A stretch of 62,733 bases of DNA, counting the filler, from Choristocarpus tenellus KU-1152 (Eukaryota > Protista > Phaeophyceae): NCBI GenBank assembly GCA_964200185.2. It is 11 parts of 11 records of this genome, joined end to end, with 100 filler letters (N's around TTAATTAATTAA, not from the genome) between each part and the next. Parts side by side here need not be neighbours in the genome. Positions count along the whole stretch, not along the records: positions 37,009 to 39,797 come from CAXNAD020024745.1; positions 39,898 to 46,157 come from CAXNAD020008544.1; positions 46,258 to 49,622 come from CAXNAD020020514.1; positions 49,723 to 59,751 come from CAXNAD020003197.1; 7 more parts are not named here. The stretch is one strand, 5' to 3'. Made by a program: the position numbers and the translations under genes. Below the pieces are notes generated by a model that worked only from the letters and a program-made list of their open reading frames with translations, searched no databases and was not told the DNA's origin. Positions 38,203 to 50,575 of the stretch are shown piece by piece. Numbering within the stretch: the first letter of the stretch is position 1; every line of letters begins with the position of its first letter.

Positions 38203-38662
38203 GCTGGTCTGATCCTAGAGGCTGCTACCACTACCATATGGTAACACACCATCACCTTGTTACATACTTCTGATACACATCGTCGTACAATCGACCCGAG
38301 GGAACAATTATATCAAGTAACATGATAACCATCATTTCCATTGGATACCACTCTATCGATACAACACAGGCACCCATTACGTGCCTTGGCTTCATCCCAT
38401 GGGCTTGTGGATCGGAGCGACACATCCTTGTGAAAGGTGAGCTATGGATGGCTTTGTAACATCTATCCAGCATACTACATTCCATTAGTATTTATAGCAT
38501 GCCAAAAATACGTTTCCACCATATTTTCCTTTCAAGCTAGCAAGTTGTTCGATCGCATGCATATATGTTTACCAATCTGCACACTTGCACTGTACAGGTA
38601 ACATAAACTAGTACCACTACTCAGACAGAGTACACATTTTTCAAATGCACACAACATAACAC

Positions 38663-39088
38663 TGTTACAGGCGAATAGCGTGAGTATTTCTTTCTGCGCG
38701 CCAAAATGCGCGAACAGTATACATACGTCAGAATTCATATAAGAGGAACTTTGAATTGATAGAAGATGCAGAGTAAGATTCGAAATGCAGACATAATCTT
38801 ACAGAATTAGATGTCAATTCCTGATAGTTGTAGAATAAACATTTATGATTGGAGTATTTGCAGACTGGCTGTAGAAAAACGGTGAATGAGGTTAATAAAG
38901 GCTGTGTTGTTGACCACATGACTCAGTTCTTTGATCCTTACCCTCTTTTGGTAAAGTGAAAAGTGAGACATTGACTGAGCTAAGCATCAACTGACACCAT
39001 CCATACATGGTCATCATCTGTGAACCCCCGCATAGCGTCGTTTTAAGGTTGTATTTGAGTTACATATCCTGGGGGACACGCTGTAACA
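38663..39088 (+). mobile_element. Solo LTR of the same family, with a 4-bp TSD (ACAC)
   Basis: TGTTACAG...CTGTAACA perfect 8-bp inverted ends, and ACAC at 38659-38662 and 39089-39092. Confidence 0.88.
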
Positions 39089-39174
39089 ACACTACCCACC
39101 CTTCCTCTAGACCTAGCTTCATCCACCAATCAAGACGAACACATACTTCTACAGACATAATACCCTGAGTGTTG

Positions 39175-39275
39175 GACCCAAAGTATCTGGAGGGGAGGGG
39201 GGTCTACACCAGGGTGTCCATTTGGACCAAAATCAGGAAAAGTGCATTTACACTATCCATCTGACGTATGCAACC
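39175..39275. mobile_element. MITE family A, left half
   Basis: GACCCAAAGTATCTGG...TATGCAACCA, then switches to mariner-associated sequence. Confidence 0.8.
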
Positions 39276-39797
39276 ATGAGTATGTTGTTGTGCTACCTCC
39301 GTGCCATAAGTCTGTTCTGCGTTGTCCATAACGTTTGAAGATGTTGATGAAATTCATTCCTGTAAAAAGATTTGGAATCCTTGACGACTTTCTGGTTAGG
39401 GACAGCTATTTTTATGATCATTACTCCCCATCCATCACAATTTTTGTCAGCCACAGGAAATGCCTCCATGTTACCTTCGGCGTGTTTTCAAGCTCATCAG
39501 ACAGCTGCCTCTTCCTCTTTACCCCTGTGTGCCCCACACTGAAGTCATTCCCCCCTTTGTATCTAAATGCTTGATTGTACACCACAGAAAGAGCTGCCAA
39601 GCCCTCTCAGGTGTGGTTTCATCGAATACCTCATACTGTTTCTTAATGACCTCCATCATCTCCTCAACGGACCCAAACCACTTCCCCATCACTCGGCATT
39701 TCAAAGACCTGAAGAAGCACAGGTCCATGATATTGAGGTCGGGGGAGTAAGATGGCCGTGTCACAAGCCTAATCGACCACCCCTCAGTCTTTCCTGC
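39276..39797 (-). mobile_element. Tc1/mariner-superfamily transposase C-terminal fragment
   Basis: PSYSPDLNIMDLCFFRSLKCRV (mariner SPDLNxxD motif with the third catalytic D), followed by ERAWQ and KGG. Truncated by the spacer. Confidence 0.85.
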
Positions 39798-39897
39798 NNN
39801 NNNNNNNNNNNNNNNNNNNNNNNNNNNNNNNNNNNNNNNNNTTAATTAATTAANNNNNNNNNNNNNNNNNNNNNNNNNNNNNNNNNNNNNNNNNNNN

Positions 39898-40055
39898 ATT
39901 AATTAGTCTATTCCATGATTGATTTCCCAGCTCACCACGATTAATTAGTCGATTCCACGATTGATTTCCCAGCTCGCCACGATTAATTAGCGATTCCACG
40001 ATTGATTTCCCAGGAATGCCACGATTGTTCGTCGATTCGATGATTGATTTCCTGG
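39898..40055. repeat. Minisatellite with a ~42-bp unit, at least 3.5 copies, cut by a spacer
   Basis: Unit ATTAATTAGTCGATTCCACGATTGATTTCCCAGCTCGCCACG. Confidence 0.85.
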
Positions 40056-41298
40056 TTTTGTACCACATCAATTTTGTTCCGCTTTTTTGGGGCATGCTCA
40101 TGGGTGAACAAAATCGGGTAACCTACTGTATCATATAACCAATGTGTAATTGACACATACGGACATAAGCACATACACAAAATACTTCAGAATGCTACCA
40201 CTCAAGTCACCATTGTTCTGTTATGGTTATTAATTAGGTAGGTGAAACCGTCAAACAACCTTTTTTGATCCTTCCAAGCAGCACAAATCACAAGTCCAGG
40301 CATACCTTTCCCTCAGCATAATTGCATATCTTCCCATCGGTGTGGGGGAAGGATTACCGGTTTATAAATGGAAAGGTAGAGCAAATTACGCTGTGATAGT
40401 ATGTCAAAATTTTCCAACCACTGGGCGTATTGGGGATAGTGTTCCTAACGTGCATGCAACCACACATTTGAAACACATGGTTTGTACTTCCTCGCTTGCG
40501 TACAAGTTAGTTGCTCCTTCACCCAATCTTGTCTCGCATTTTCACTCCAAAAACGCTCCGTGATTGAGGTCAGATCGAAGGGAAATATTTGATGGGGGAG
40601 GTACATAAAGCTGGTCCAGCTTTGACAATTGAGCCCTGCTCCCACTGATTAGTGTCTGCATGGTACGCATGCAAACTCCTACGTTATATGTCAAGATTGT
40701 GTTTAGTGTGGAGTTGAGGGTGGCAACTTGGTGGCCAACTTTTTGTCTTCCCCCAGAGCAACAGGTTAGAAAAAGTTTGAAGTATGCAATGTGTATCTGC
40801 ATCATTCCAAATGAAGGCCATGAAAATGTTGCTGTCATCCTCATATCCCCCATGCTTTGTCCTTGCGATCTCTGGCAATTGTCCATCCACATTCTAAATC
40901 GGTGATTTTGACTATCCCCTTTCCCAATCGAACCACCTACCTCACACACACATTCAGAGAAGGAGTTGCAAGTGATAACCTTTTTGAAATAGAAAACTGA
41001 AAAAATCTGTTGGATAAGACACCACGAAGATTGTATCATTGATGTTCATCAAACCGCCTTGCAAGGTGGTCGAAAACCAAGGTTCCATTTCAACTTTGAA
41101 TGTGGTTAAATTAAACTACACACTTCGGTCCGAAATGTTGACTGGAGGTTCTGAGACCTCCATACCACTAACCAACGAAGTCAAGGTGCGGATTATCATG
41201 GTGGTTAAGGTCTTAGGATATACGAACAACAGCACAAATGCAAACTAAAGTAAAGGAAAATCAAGCAGACTCTTCTTGACCTCTCTTCCTGCCTGCAG

Positions 41299-44200
41299 TT
41301 TGGACTGTTGGAAGCTTTCTGCCCTGAACTACGCTTTGACAGTGGCGAGAACTACTTCCCTATCCCAGTTGAGGTGTTTATTTCGGTATCCTTACTTCTT
41401 CGAAGACCGCTGCCGGATGAATGTGAGGAGGAAGAGGCATCAGATTATAGTGAAAGTGTGTACGAAGAGGAATCCTCTCCGAGATGCGAAGCGGAATCTA
41501 AGGAGGGTAGACAGAGTGAAGTGCTCGACTACGTGTGTATCAGATGTGGGAAGAAGGGCTGGAGCATCCCATCAGGTGGTTGGAAGATTGTTCCTTTTCC
41601 GGTGGGACTGCCGAAGTGGACAACGGAGACCCTTCTGGAGGAGGTGGATGTGAACACTTTCGAGTACAGGTTAAAATTTCGAAGTGGTTCCGAACAATAT
41701 TTCCTTCTTAGTGCCTGATTGTTTTTTATTTTTTGTTGTGTATATTGGCTTTGCTCTACTCCCTGAACTTCTCTGTCCCTCTGTAGGAACACCTAAACAA
41801 GCTCTCGCCTTTTCTCCAAACTCCTACCAACACTTTCCACCTTTTGCTTTGCGCGCCAGTAGCTCTTATTTTCTTGCTGACTTGATAAGGCAGTGAGATA
41901 TGCTTATTATGGTTTGCTGAGAGATATTTTGCTTGTTGACATGTCGCGCATCCCATCGCCTTGTGCTGTGAGTATTCCGTGAGGAGGCTTGTGGAAAACC
42001 AAAAATACACATCAACGAGAGCAAGGATTAAATACTGAATGCGTATTCACACCCATGCTGCAATAGTGAAAAACCCATCCTCTCAGAGTACCTGTCTAAA
42101 GGCAATGCAACAGAGAGACGACTGCATTAGGGTACCTGTATGCGTGGGTTCTCTACATCGTTAATATTTCCTGATATTCATTATGGTTTGCGCATAGTGA
42201 TGCTTACATTACATGCATCTCATGGTTGCCTGTTTTATGTGCTGTATATAGGTATTTGTGTTCATGGTTATGCTTTAAGTCCTCCATGTGCGCTGGTGGA
42301 TGCACACGAGGAATGGCAACATCTTACTAGTCCAATTTGCATTTTGTGTTCTCTTGGTTGGTGGATGTTACATGTACACAAAAAGTTCAAAACAAAATAT
42401 TACATAGCGGGCTGCCCATTTTACCAACATCAAAGTTCTTTGTCAAACAAATGTATGAAAATAGGCTCGAGCCTCACAGGTGCATCTGGAACGGGATGGA
42501 CGGACCCAGCGGCTCTGGTAAAAAACTGTCATCTGTGCCATGCTACGGTTTTGTAGAACAACTGGACCCACACCGAATCGTCCCTTTCCTAAGGAGAGCT
42601 GGTGAGCCTCTAGTTTTTGCGCCTCCAGGAATTTGTATGGATTACAGAGTTGAAGCATTGTCTTTGTAGGTTCAATGCCAAGTCACACAGCACTCCCAGG
42701 ACAGGATATCATTCGCGGTTGTTCAGTGTGTGAAGCGTATGGTACATTAGTGCGATAACGTTCCAACTGTTGTATGCCCGTAAAACTCCTGCAGGGCTGA
42801 CCAATGTGTTGGAGTTGAAGTACGCGTTTCTTTACGGTTATAACGGGACCACCTTTGTAGTTCCTGGAACAAGAATGGGAACACACACCGGGGATCTAGA
42901 GCACGTCACGGTTAGAGTTGACGCACATCGCCTGCGGTGAGTTTGTTCCAGTTTGGAGTGATGACATCAGAAAGGGAATTGTCGTTGAGCTTTTAGGGGT
43001 CCCTATCACAGACTGTGGTACATGGTTTTGAGCACTGCTGGGGAGGGAGCTTTCTGTTAACATCGTGCTTGTGGCTAGTTTTCTGTTCTATGGCTACACC
43101 CTCTTAAAGGGGGGGTTTCAGTACCTTTTTTTGAGGCAGTTTTTTTTTTAAAGTTCAAAATGGTCACTTGGATGCTTTTTCTGTCGGGGAGAGGGGTTTG
43201 TCCAGTGAGAAGTGTTGACAGGGAAGATCGTTTGTGAGTAGCGGTACGTGGAGCTCAATATGCGCTATCTAAGGTTACGACTGCGTAAATTCAGGCAACA
43301 TGAGGACCTTGTGATTAGCTTGCTGAATCTACGCCGGTTTGTCTGCTTTGAAAGGAGCACAGTACTCAGAAGGATGTTTTTGTTCGTTTGTGCATAATTT
43401 CATGGTGTACATTCAATGTGTGACACCCCCTTTCGCAGATCAATATAGACAAGCTAGTAAGTTGCGTGCTCAGTAGCCTTGTGTACATTCAATGTGTGAA
43501 CGGTTGATGTCACTACTCCACATGTAGCCAGCCCCGAGCACCACTTTTCATACGTAGGGTTTGGGTTAGTGCCTTGATTATTGTGAGTCTAAGTCACTAG
43601 GGAGGATGAAGTTGATTCAGGTGGAAAAACTTTAATGCGCTTGACTGCAACTGAAATGTACATGCAGCGAAAGAACTGACAAGTGCGAACCGCTGAGCTC
43701 TGCGAGAAACGCACACTCTGCGAGAAACGCGCGAAAAAAGAACTGATTGGAAATGTGGTCCTCAATTTTGGGTTTCGATGAAGATTCCGATCTTACAAAG
43801 AGCGTCAGATTGTGAGCGGTTGAATCAAATCGTAGATTCCCCGACACCATTCTTTCACCCATGCCTGCGATGGGTAAGCGCAAGGGGAGGCATTTCAACG
43901 TCGGCCTTGAAACTGCTGCCTCAAAGAGTCAGTCCCCTCATTTCGAGTTGGCCATCCCACGCCTCATCTTTTCTTATTCTCTACCGGATCGGGTGCGTAC
44001 CTCACTATTGTGTTAATCAGACGTGAATAGGGACTTAGCAGTGCTCATGTCCTTTACATCTTCCTTCTGGTGGTGCAGGCATTGTTGATGTACTGGGGAG
44101 CAACTCGGACTTTCCCTCCCGTGGGCGTGAGTAGTGAGTGCCATGGTCGCGTGATAAGTAGTGAGTGCCATCGATGTTCGTGGATGCATTCATTGTTAAA

Positions 44201-46145
44201 AAAAAAAAAGTAGATCCATTTTTTTTGTAATAATAATAATATTGTGTTCATCCATCTCAACCTCTGTTGTGTTCTTGGGTCCAGGGAAGTAAGTTGTAGT
44301 GGAAGCGATGAGAGCCGGTGTAGCGGTACAAACAACAAACTAAATAAAAAAACTACGGGTGTGAAAGAAGCCGATGGTGGTGCGAAGTATCGAATTTTTA
44401 CCGTTGGTGGTATATGTAAATTGGTATTTACCGTTGGTGGTATATGTAAATTGGTATATTGGTGGTACGCTGTGAAATGTCATACCGGTCTCTGATGATC
44501 CTCCCACCTTGTTGTTGATAGGAATATCTGATTCATCTTCAAAATCAGCGCGCTGCCTGCCAAGTCTTCAGTTACATTCAGTTACATTCAGTTACATTTA
44601 CTTCCGGTGCATGGGTTCACCGGAAGTATCTTGTAGGAACTATGCTGTATTGTATGGTGTAAGAAAGTGTAAAAATAGAAAGGTGAAGACTTGATAGACC
44701 TACTCTGTAGAGCAACAAATGATTAAAAAAAGAAAATGCAATTCTTGTCTTAAAAAAAAAGAAAATGCAACTACCGATATCAGCACGGGTGACAAAAAAG
44801 AGGAACGTAAGAGTTAAAAAGTAATTTTTCATGTTTGAAAAAAACAGTTTTTAACTCTTACACGTACATGAAAGAAAGGGTTGATTTTTTTTTTGTGAAA
44901 AAAATGTTTCACAATATTCTCGAAGGTCGTCAATGCGCTCTTTTTTATTATTTTTTATTATGTAAGTAAATTTAGGGGATTGCTTTGTCCTTCTTCAAAA
45001 ATCCCTAACCCTGATCGAGACCGATGCCTTCCCACGCTCTTTTTTATTATATATATATATGTTCTTATATATTTTTTATCTTTTTTGTTTTTGGGGTCTG
45101 GGGAATGGCAGGATCTTGGAGGTGTTCTTTGCTGCTCACGGCACTGGAGAGGGGAAGTGGGTACCATCAGAGTGGTTTTTCAACGAGGTATGGTAGCAAA
45201 AGAGTGTGTGTGTGTGTGTGTTTGTGTTTGTAAGACACACTGCAATGCTGCTATCCCTTCGACAGCAGGCAGCAAGTTGTCCAAGTAAACGCCTTCTGTA
45301 TATATAGGAAGCTTTTTTTTTTTTCTTAGTGGGAAACGCCTCCACTGTACACAATATTTTGCATGCTAATAATACACAGTGTGAGATGTCCCAGTCCAGT
45401 GCTCTACAGCGGTTGAAAATCAGCCACTGCTGTGTCTTGTCTTTATATAGTCTTGGCCGGAGTTGGGGAGAGGGGGGGAAGGGGAAAGATTTTAATTTTT
45501 GAGTCAAAGACACCTTTGTGCACACATTCAAAGAAGGAAGTTTTTCCTTTAGCGCTTGGAAATGTATTGCCTTTTTATATATATATATATATTTTTTTCT
45601 ACTCCATATCAAACATAGACACTGTTTTCCTATTTCTGTGGTATGTCTTGATTTTGGGGTATCCTATTGGTGGTGCTGGCGTTTTCTGGGATCAGATAGG
45701 TGCGTGTGATGGGCAAACCTTCGTTGCTAGTGCTGTGTAAGAGTCAACTAGTTTTTGTTTCTTTGTTCTTTAAAAACAAAAAAAATCTGATGCATCTTCA
45801 ACTTTTTTCCATTTTTTCTGGATTGTGAGACATAGAAAATAAAATATATATATTAGTGACAGCATGCACACATGCACACACAAACACATGCACACACACA
45901 CAATTGTCCCAGGTTTTGTCTCTGGAGACTGATCCGTCAGCAAAAACGCTTAGGAGGGAAGACTTCCTTCACCTTTCCAAGGGGGAACATTCTAACCCTT
46001 TCCAAGATTGCCAGGGGGTGGAAGGAGCAATCACTGCAGATGGGAAGGCAGAGGAGGGGTTTGGTGATGGTGGAGGTGGAGGAGGGAATAGGCCGCTTGT
46101 TTTTCCAGCCCGAAACGGGCATGCTAGCTACCCTGCACCACAGAG
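41299..46145 (+). CDS. Vps62-like domain protein, internal part
   Basis: Exons 41299 to about 41668 (donor uncertain), 42480-42601, 42795-42936, 45112-45187 and 45913-46145. Motifs in order: FCPELRFDSGENYFPIPVEVFI, VPCYGFV, KYAFLYGYNG, GTHTGDLEHVTVRV, VFFAAHGTGEGKW, RPLVFPARNGHASYP. This is the Vps62-family pattern AP-x4-H/D-xxE-xY-xP, YNG, HxGDWEH, SAH-xxG-xW, P-xVY-xAxGSHAxY. Confidence 0.82.
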
Positions 46146-46257
46146 GTTAGAGAGGGGNNNNNNNNNNNNNNNNNNNNNNNNNNNNNNNNNNNNNNNNNNN
46201 NTTAATTAATTAANNNNNNNNNNNNNNNNNNNNNNNNNNNNNNNNNNNNNNNNNNNN

Positions 46258-46343
46258 TATGCAACCAAATCACCCAAAAATCGCTACATGAAAAAATTGA
46301 CCCCAAATGGACAGCAGCCACCCCCTCCCAGATACTTTGTGTC
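46258..46343. mobile_element. MITE family A, right half at contig start
   Basis: GCAACCAAATCACCC...CCCAGATACTTTG. Confidence 0.78.
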
Positions 46344-47098
46344 GATGGGCTTCAGAGGTTCATGAGAAACCAAATGAAATGTTTCTTAAAAAAATGATGA
46401 TTTCTGTCTTTCTCTTGAAATATTTGACCTGTAAATGAACAGCATCTGCATGCCTTATGGGCTTGAAGCTGTAGTATCTTTTGCATAGATTTAGAACCTC
46501 ATTGACAGCATCACATCATTCGTCCCACATATTGAACGAGATACATCCTTTTTAATAACAGCAAAGGGTCTTCTCTTCAAACCGCTACACATCTCTTCTG
46601 TCAGTTTCGTCCACCCTATCCATCATTTCCACAGTCTGTATCTCAAAGACCCAATTTAACATTGCCTCTCCCCACACCCCGTTCAGTCTCATTGTTGAAT
46701 ATATATAATGGAATATGTTGTACTGGGTAGGGTGAGGATAAAATTTATAGTTCATAGTTTGCAGTTGGGACAAGGCGAGTTGGGCCTGCTATTGATGATA
46801 TATATCGTAGTGTCTATTGGTCTTAGTTTTGAAACGAAGTAGTTAGTGACTCTTCGATATTCTGAGCATGTTGTCTCCCCTTGGCATTTCACCATCCTAG
46901 GTCTTGAGAAGTATATCGAGGAGTTACAGATGCAATATACCGAATAATAAAAAGAGTAAAACTTCTTCTCTGTCTTGTATCTATCTTCTATAACAAAAAC
47001 GTGAACAATTATACGACAATGCCTTATGACCCAACCCTAAATAAGCTATGCCCATAATGATACTTTACAATAAATCTTGAAAATATCTTGATATCCAG

Positions 47099-47362
47099 AG
47101 AGGGCGTGCTACTGCAGTCTCCAAACCTCCTCACAGGACCAAGGGAGGGAGGAATAACGGGCAAGGTAAGGTGCTGGGAGGAGGGTCAAAGATCGCCCTC
47201 CTGTCGGGTGCACTCGCTGAGGTTGCAAACGGAGGGATGGGAGGTACTCTGAATGTCTTCCTAGGTTCATCATCTAAAAGATTAGAAATGCCGGAGATAT
47301 CAAGCATGCGTGACTACATGACTTCGCTGGTGGCCCCTGGTCGTGATTTGGCGTCCTTGAAG
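47099..47362 (+). CDS. Isolated internal exon (88 codons) of an unidentified gene
   Basis: A GC-richer open block bounded by a CCAG acceptor and an AAG|GTGCGT donor, phase 0 at both ends. No recognisable motif. Confidence 0.45.
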
Positions 47363-49264
47363 GTGCGTAAAAGATAGTTTAAAGTACGACACACTACTGT
47401 ACATCTTGCCCTGCTGTTCAAGCCTGTGGTGACATGTTTAGGTATGATATTTCAGGCTATGTTTCCGGAGTGGGATGGGGGGGGAAGGGCAGAGATGTGG
47501 AGAAAGAGAGATGGAAGTAAAGCGATCATGATTTGCTTAACCTAGGCAACAGGACCATCAGCTTGTATGTTGAATTAAATTTATGGAGTGTCCTGTAATC
47601 TGGAGTAAATAGCACATCCTGAAAAATACTCAAAGGGATTTCCAACACGTAACTCTGAGTAAGTACATTAGTGTATGCACTGCATATACTCATATATGAG
47701 GTCCATGCTTCCTCATTTGTCCGATCAAATGCAGCGCTAATGAGGGAAGAGAGGGAAACCTCTGTGTTGTCTCAGTAGATTATAAGCTTGATAAGTTCGC
47801 ATATGACTTCATTTTAGTATGGAGTAGTGTGCCTTCGCAGTTCTCTGATAGGCGTAGGAAAAAAAAGTGCATAAAAAAAGTTAAGATGTTGTGTCACCTG
47901 TTGCATTTGTTATTTAATCAGTGAAGGAAGATATTGATATCCCTTGTTGGCTAGTATTCATCAAAACAACTTTACGTCTTTTACATTTTGTTGTTGTTGT
48001 AATTTGATTGCTTGAGTCAACACAAAAGAACCGATTGGGTTACAGATACGGTTAGGTTTAGTTAATATGGATCAGCAATATCGAGGACAACCACATTTCA
48101 ATTATCGCAACATGACATAGTCGCCAATGATCTAACAAAGTCAGAAAAAACAACACATTTTGTCTTATCCGGGCCAAGAGGCAGTCATATTCGGAACATG
48201 CTTTCGGTATTATTTGAACCCCAATACAGATCAATCCATGACCAATCACCAGACTGCAAAGGTCACACTACCCTACACTAAATTAAGTAATATTCAAACG
48301 AGTTAAGGTTATAGTAATATTATCGTGAATTTGTTCCACTCTTCTCCTTGTGACCCCACAACAACTAAGTAAGAGGGGAAACCAAGTGGTACATGTCAGC
48401 ATCGACTTTTACACATTATTGACTACTTAAGCACTAAGCAAAATATACTTGCAATCAACTAATTTGGGACAGGGCAGGCTAAGCGCTCACCCACAGTTGT
48501 GCTGCATGATTTGAGAAGTATGCTGTTTATACTACTGTATCTTGAGAAAAAAAGCGAAGATAAATTTCCCAAGTCTTAGGGTCCCTCATACTGAGGAACT
48601 GGTCCTCGGTCTAGATACTTATGGTAGAGATAGTGAGAAAATCATGTCCTGAGGTTTTGTTTGAATAATTGCCTTTGGGAGTTGCCAGAATTTTTTTTCG
48701 CTTATAAACATCTATCTGAGCAAAAGTAAATGAGAGGCACCCATATTTTGGGCATTTTGCATCATAAGCCAACTTTCCAATCTTATGATATCACCCATAT
48801 TTCTATGGTTAAAGGGCTAAGGTTGACTTGAGAGGATTGATTTCTCTGTTGTTTGAAAGTTTTCGGCTCAATTCGGAACATGTCCTACACGAATTTTTAC
48901 AGAAAGCTGAATTTTGCACATACTTGCCGACATGCTTTAAATGCAACTCTGTGTACCCTTCGATTACTTTGACTCACTGCACAGAGCATAACGCAGCATT
49001 TGCGATATTCAAATGAAAATGCTATATATATATACTCTCTGGAAGTGATCCAATCGAAGGGACATATTTGGTAGACCAAAGTAGGACGAACTCTTTTTTA
49101 TGTTCAAAACAATTTTAACCAACAGAAGTTGCTGTATGTATTCTGTAGCACGACAACCTAAGTGCAGCATAATGCATAAAAGGTGGTTCAGGAGGAACAA
49201 ACGGGAATCACGAATTCAACCAGCTCCAACTACTTGCATACACTTCAAATTGTTCAAGACACTT

Positions 49265-49447
49265 GGTTCAAAGTATCTGGGGGGGAGGGGGAGGGGTCTA
49301 CGCCAGGGTGTCCATTCAGGTCCTGACCAGGAAAAGTGCACTTATATTATTCATCTGACGCATGCAACCAAATCACCCAAAAACCATGACATCGAGAAAT
49401 GGGCCCCGAATAGACAGCTTCCACCCCCCCCCCAGATACTTTGAGCC
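49265..49447. mobile_element. MITE family A, full length, TSD ACTT
   Basis: ACTT[GGTTCAAAGTATCTGGGGG...CCCCCAGATACTTTGAGCC]ACTT. Confidence 0.92.
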
Positions 49448-49518
49448 ACTTACCAACCCACAGTTCGGGCTAGATCTAGGAATGACAAGAACATGAACCT
49501 CTAGCCATGTGCTTTGGG

Positions 49519-49554
<36 letters not shown>

Positions 49555-49561
49555 ATAGAGA

Positions 49562-49595
<34 letters not shown>

Positions 49596-50575
49596 GGTCG
49601 GGGGGGGTGGGGGGAGAAAAAANNNNNNNNNNNNNNNNNNNNNNNNNNNNNNNNNNNNNNNNNNNNTTAATTAATTAANNNNNNNNNNNNNNNNNNNNNN
49701 NNNNNNNNNNNNNNNNNNNNNNCAAATGACAGGGGGTCTTTGTCCTAGGCATCCCAATATACACCTGATTTGACAGTTTCACGAGACTTTTGAACCCCAT
49801 GAGATGCAACTCAGTTGGCTTTGCGCTGGTGATCCTCCACAGTCTTGACAGCCCAACATCTCAAACCTTTGGACGCCTCCCAATCTATATGAGAACTAAG
49901 CCTCGTCCAGAGGATTTGTCATGTCGGTTGTTCCTGGGCAAGATCGGAGGTTGCAAAAGTTATGTGACATTTAATTCCAAACAAACGTCTATGAACAGAC
50001 AGGTACATTGTTATGACATACCTTGATGACATCACCTTGTGAAAGCAAGATGAGGTAGTTGTGATAGTGGCACGTGCCTTGGTGGATGACGTACTTTGAC
50101 TTGCTGATTGACAGGATGAAGGAGTCTCTTCCATACTGTATTCCATACTCTTTTGTTATGCTGTAGGAACTCAACCTAGGTCAGTCCTGAGTTTTTTCTC
50201 TAATACTAATATATTGATAGTAATATTTTTAGGTCAAAACGAGTTATTGGTACCTGTACACTACTTGTATGCATGGTTCATATATACAGTACTGTAGACA
50301 CAAAACTATAAAATTGATAAATGTGGTAAGGATTAGCACTTGGAATATATTCATATTCGTAGTAATATTAACATTTCTAAGCATTTTTTTTATGGCACAG
50401 TCAAAACCAGTACAACAGTAACAAGAACTAATTGACCTTAGAACAAAAATAGCTCTTGCTTCTTGTGCAGGAGATTTTTATTCTTTTGGGTGTCCTTTGA
50501 GTGTGTGTGTATGTGTGCACTTACTTCTTATTTTATTGACGACCAAATGCACCTCCTTCCCCCTTTGTAACACAG

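Noticed and set aside
39898-40055. Possible CRISPR-like array
   Set aside because: Units are head-to-tail with no unique spacers, there are no cas genes, and the context is eukaryotic; it is a minisatellite.
42739-42752. Apparent 14-nt GT...AG micro-intron in the Vps62-like gene
   Set aside because: A conventional intron 42602-42794 gives a correct-phase junction and retains all motifs.
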